In this document: positions 61,833 to 64,000 of the stretch, in pieces
Numbering within the stretch: the first letter of the stretch is position 1
Layout of the letters: every line of letters begins with the position of its first letter
From: Candidatus Latescibacterota bacterium
GTDB lineage: Bacteria > Latescibacterota > UBA2968 > UBA8231
Assembly: GCA_965219385.1 (NCBI GenBank)
Contig: CBDCNM010000002.1
Span: 406,639 to 470,638 of the forward strand
DNA length: 64,000 nucleotides
Reading direction: 5' to 3'
The notes under the pieces: model-generated
What the model was told of the DNA's origin: nothing
Seen by the model: only the letters and a program-made list of their open reading frames with translations
Database searches by the model: none
Translations under genes and position numbers: made by a program

Positions 61833-62684
61833 ATGATCATCGACACCCACACCCACTTCGGCGATCCCGCCCACCCACATCCCCTTCTCTACCGGACCGC
61901 ACTGCCCGAAACCTATAAGGCCCTGGCCGTACCAGAGGGCGTGACCGGCACGGTAGTGGTCGAGTCCTGCAGAGGGCTGGAGGACGACCAGTGGGTTTTG
62001 GACCAGGCCGCAAAGGATCCCTTCATCGTCGGTCTCGTCGGCCAGCTGGACCCTTTTACAGATCAATTTGTCCGCGATCTAGATCGCTTTGCCGCCAGCC
62101 CGCTGTTCAATGGATTCCGCCTCCACATGAATTGCTGTCGGGACTACAGCGGCACCCCTCGACAGACCAGGGACGACCTCTCTCCCCGGCTGCTCGCCAG
62201 CCTCGAACTCCTCGTGGGCCGGGACCTGGCCCTCGACTTTCACGGCAGTTATCCAGACCTCGACTACGTCGCCACACTCCTCCACCGGATTCCCGGACTG
62301 CGCGTGGTGCTCAACCACATCGCCGAGGGCCGCCCCATCGATGGCAAAGAGCCGAATCCGGAGTGGGCCCGGCGCGTGCGAGACATCGCCGTATGGCCCC
62401 AGGTCTACTGCAAGGTTTCCGCCCTAGTCCAGATGACCACAACTTTACCGGCCCCCGCCGATGTCGAGTTCTATCGGCCGGTGCTCGAGGTGCTGTGGAA
62501 CGCCTTTGGCCCGGATCGCCTGATCTACGCGAGCAACTGGCCGCAAATCGAACGCTTCAGCGATTTTGCCACCGCCCACCGGATCGCCGCCCGCTACTTC
62601 GAAGACAAGGGCGGCGAGGCCGCGGCAAAGTTCTTCTGGAAGAATTCCCGGGCTGTGTACCGGTGGGTGGAGCGGGGGCAATAA
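61833..62684 (+). CDS. Amidohydrolase (Amidohydro_2, lactonase-like)
   Basis: IIDTHTH, VVLNH, CKVSAL, FGPDRLIYASNWP. Confidence 0.85.
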   Translation: MIIDTHTHFGDPAHPHPLLYRTALPETYKALAVPEGVTGTVVVESCRGLEDDQWVLDQAAKDPFIVGLVGQLDPFTDQFVRDLDRFAASPLFNGFRLHMNCCRDYSGTPRQTRDDLSPRLLASLELLVGRDLALDFHGSYPDLDYVATLLHRIPGLRVVLNHIAEGRPIDGKEPNPEWARRVRDIAVWPQVYCKVSALVQMTTTLPAPADVEFYRPVLEVLWNAFGPDRLIYASNWPQIERFSDFATAHRIAARYFEDKGGEAAAKFFWKNSRAVYRWVERGQ

Positions 62685-62830
62685 GAAAAACCCATGCTCG
62701 CGGCAGAACAACTGCAAAAATTCACCGAAGACGGTTACCTGCCGCAGTGCAGACCCGGCCCGGGTCGAAAGCTGGGAGCAATGGCGCCAGCGCTGGCAGA
62801 CGCGCGATGGCCAGCAGGGGTTGGGGGCAA

Positions 62831-64000
62831 ATGAATAAAACCATCGTGGTAGCGGAAAAGCCCAGCGTCGCCCGGGACATTGCCCGGGTCCTGGGCGCCT
62901 CTGGCAAGGGCAACGGCCTGCTGCACGGCAACGGCTACGCCGTGACCTGGGCCCTGGGCCACCTGGTCCACCTGGCCGAGCCCGACGACTACGGCCCGCC
63001 CTGGAAGGGCCGCTGGTCCCTGGAGCCCCTGCCCATGGTACCCGGGCCCTGGAAGCTCCGCACCAGCAAGTCCACGCGGAACCAGTACAATATCGTCAAA
63101 AATTTGCTCAATGATCCCGATACCACTGCAATCATCTGCGCCACCGACGCCGGACGCGAAGGCGAGCACATCTTCCGCCTGATCCACCAGCACGCCGGCT
63201 GCAAAAAACCCTTCCGCCGGCTATGGGTCTCCAGCCTCACCGACCGGGCCATCCGCCACGGGTTGCAAAACCTGCAACCCGGCAGCGCCTTCGACGATCT
63301 GGCCCGGGCCGCCCGGGCCCGGGCCCAGGCCGACTGGCTGGTGGGCCTCAACCTCACCCGCGCCTACACCGTCCACAACAAGGTGCTGTGCACCATTGGC
63401 CGGGTGCAGACCCCCACCCTGGCCATGATCGTGCAGCGCGAAGAGAAGATCGCCAGTTTCAAAAAAGCCTACTTCTACGAGCTGGTGGCTCACCTCAAGG
63501 AAGGCTTTCGGGCAAAATACAGCGAGGATGGCCGGACCCGGATTGACGCAAAGGAGCGGGCCGAGGAGTTGCACCGGCGCCTCAGTCCCCACAAGGAGGG
63601 CACGGTCACCCGGGTCGACAAAAAGATCAAAAAACACCGGCCACCGCCCCTCTACGACCTGAACACCTTGCAGCGGGAGGCCAACCAGCGCTTCGGCTTT
63701 ACCGCCTCGCGCACCCTCGAGTACGCCCAGAGCCTCTACGAGACCGATAAACTCATTACCTATCCCCGCACCGAGAGCCGCCACATCTCGCCCGACATGG
63801 TGCCCAAACTGCCCGCCGTGCTCGAAAGGCTGGACCACCCCCAGGCCCAGGAGGCCCTGGAGCGGCTGCGCCAGGGCCACAAACTCGGCAAGGCCCACGT
63901 GGACCAGAACAAGCTGACCGACCACCACGCCATCCTGCCCACCGGACAGGCGCCGTCGTCTCTGTCCCCGCCGCTCAAAAAGGTCTACGACCTGGTGGTC
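62831..64000 (+). CDS. topB: DNA topoisomerase III (runs off window)
   Basis: AEKPSVARDIA, ATDAGREGE, GRVQTPTL, ITYPRTES, DHHAILPT, all in one frame. Confidence 0.9.
   Translation, partial: MNKTIVVAEKPSVARDIARVLGASGKGNGLLHGNGYAVTWALGHLVHLAEPDDYGPPWKGRWSLEPLPMVPGPWKLRTSKSTRNQYNIVKNLLNDPDTTAIICATDAGREGEHIFRLIHQHAGCKKPFRRLWVSSLTDRAIRHGLQNLQPGSAFDDLARAARARAQADWLVGLNLTRAYTVHNKVLCTIGRVQTPTLAMIVQREEKIASFKKAYFYELVAHLKEGFRAKYSEDGRTRIDAKERAEELHRRLSPHKEGTVTRVDKKIKKHRPPPLYDLNTLQREANQRFGFTASRTLEYAQSLYETDKLITYPRTESRHISPDMVPKLPAVLERLDHPQAQEALERLRQGHKLGKAHVDQNKLTDHHAILPTGQAPSSLSPPLKKVYDLVV

Overview
GC-rich bacterial chromosome segment. Housekeeping/metabolic flanks: heme A synthase, cysteine synthase, a Yej-type ABC operon with two binding proteins, two frameshifted PhyH dioxygenases, an IS5-family element, an EndoQ-UvrD fusion, glmS/glmU-like genes, a GriC/GriD(EhpF/EhpG)-like pair, PQQ-propeller genes, an amidase and topB. 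A ~29 kb integrase-less defence island (~29.4-58.3 kb) sits between two co-oriented PQQ-propeller genes. It holds two back-to-back type III-like restriction-modification systems with a central XRE-ImmA/IrrE regulator. The most striking feature is downstream of the left methyltransferase: a stacked array of defence-type cargo modules (FRG-TPR, large SIR2, two AAA-ATPase+nuclease pairs, DUF262 fragments). Each module is preceded by a divergent remnant of the methyltransferase 3' end (...HLGDEVMKVFRV*), suggesting serial, MTase-anchored gene capture without an integrase. The island also has in-frame mosaics of gene fragments, orphan antitoxins, low-GC swapped target-recognition domains, a tandem palindromic operator candidate and a GT/CA skew around variable slots. 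Family assignments are from motif recognition by eye; no searches were run.
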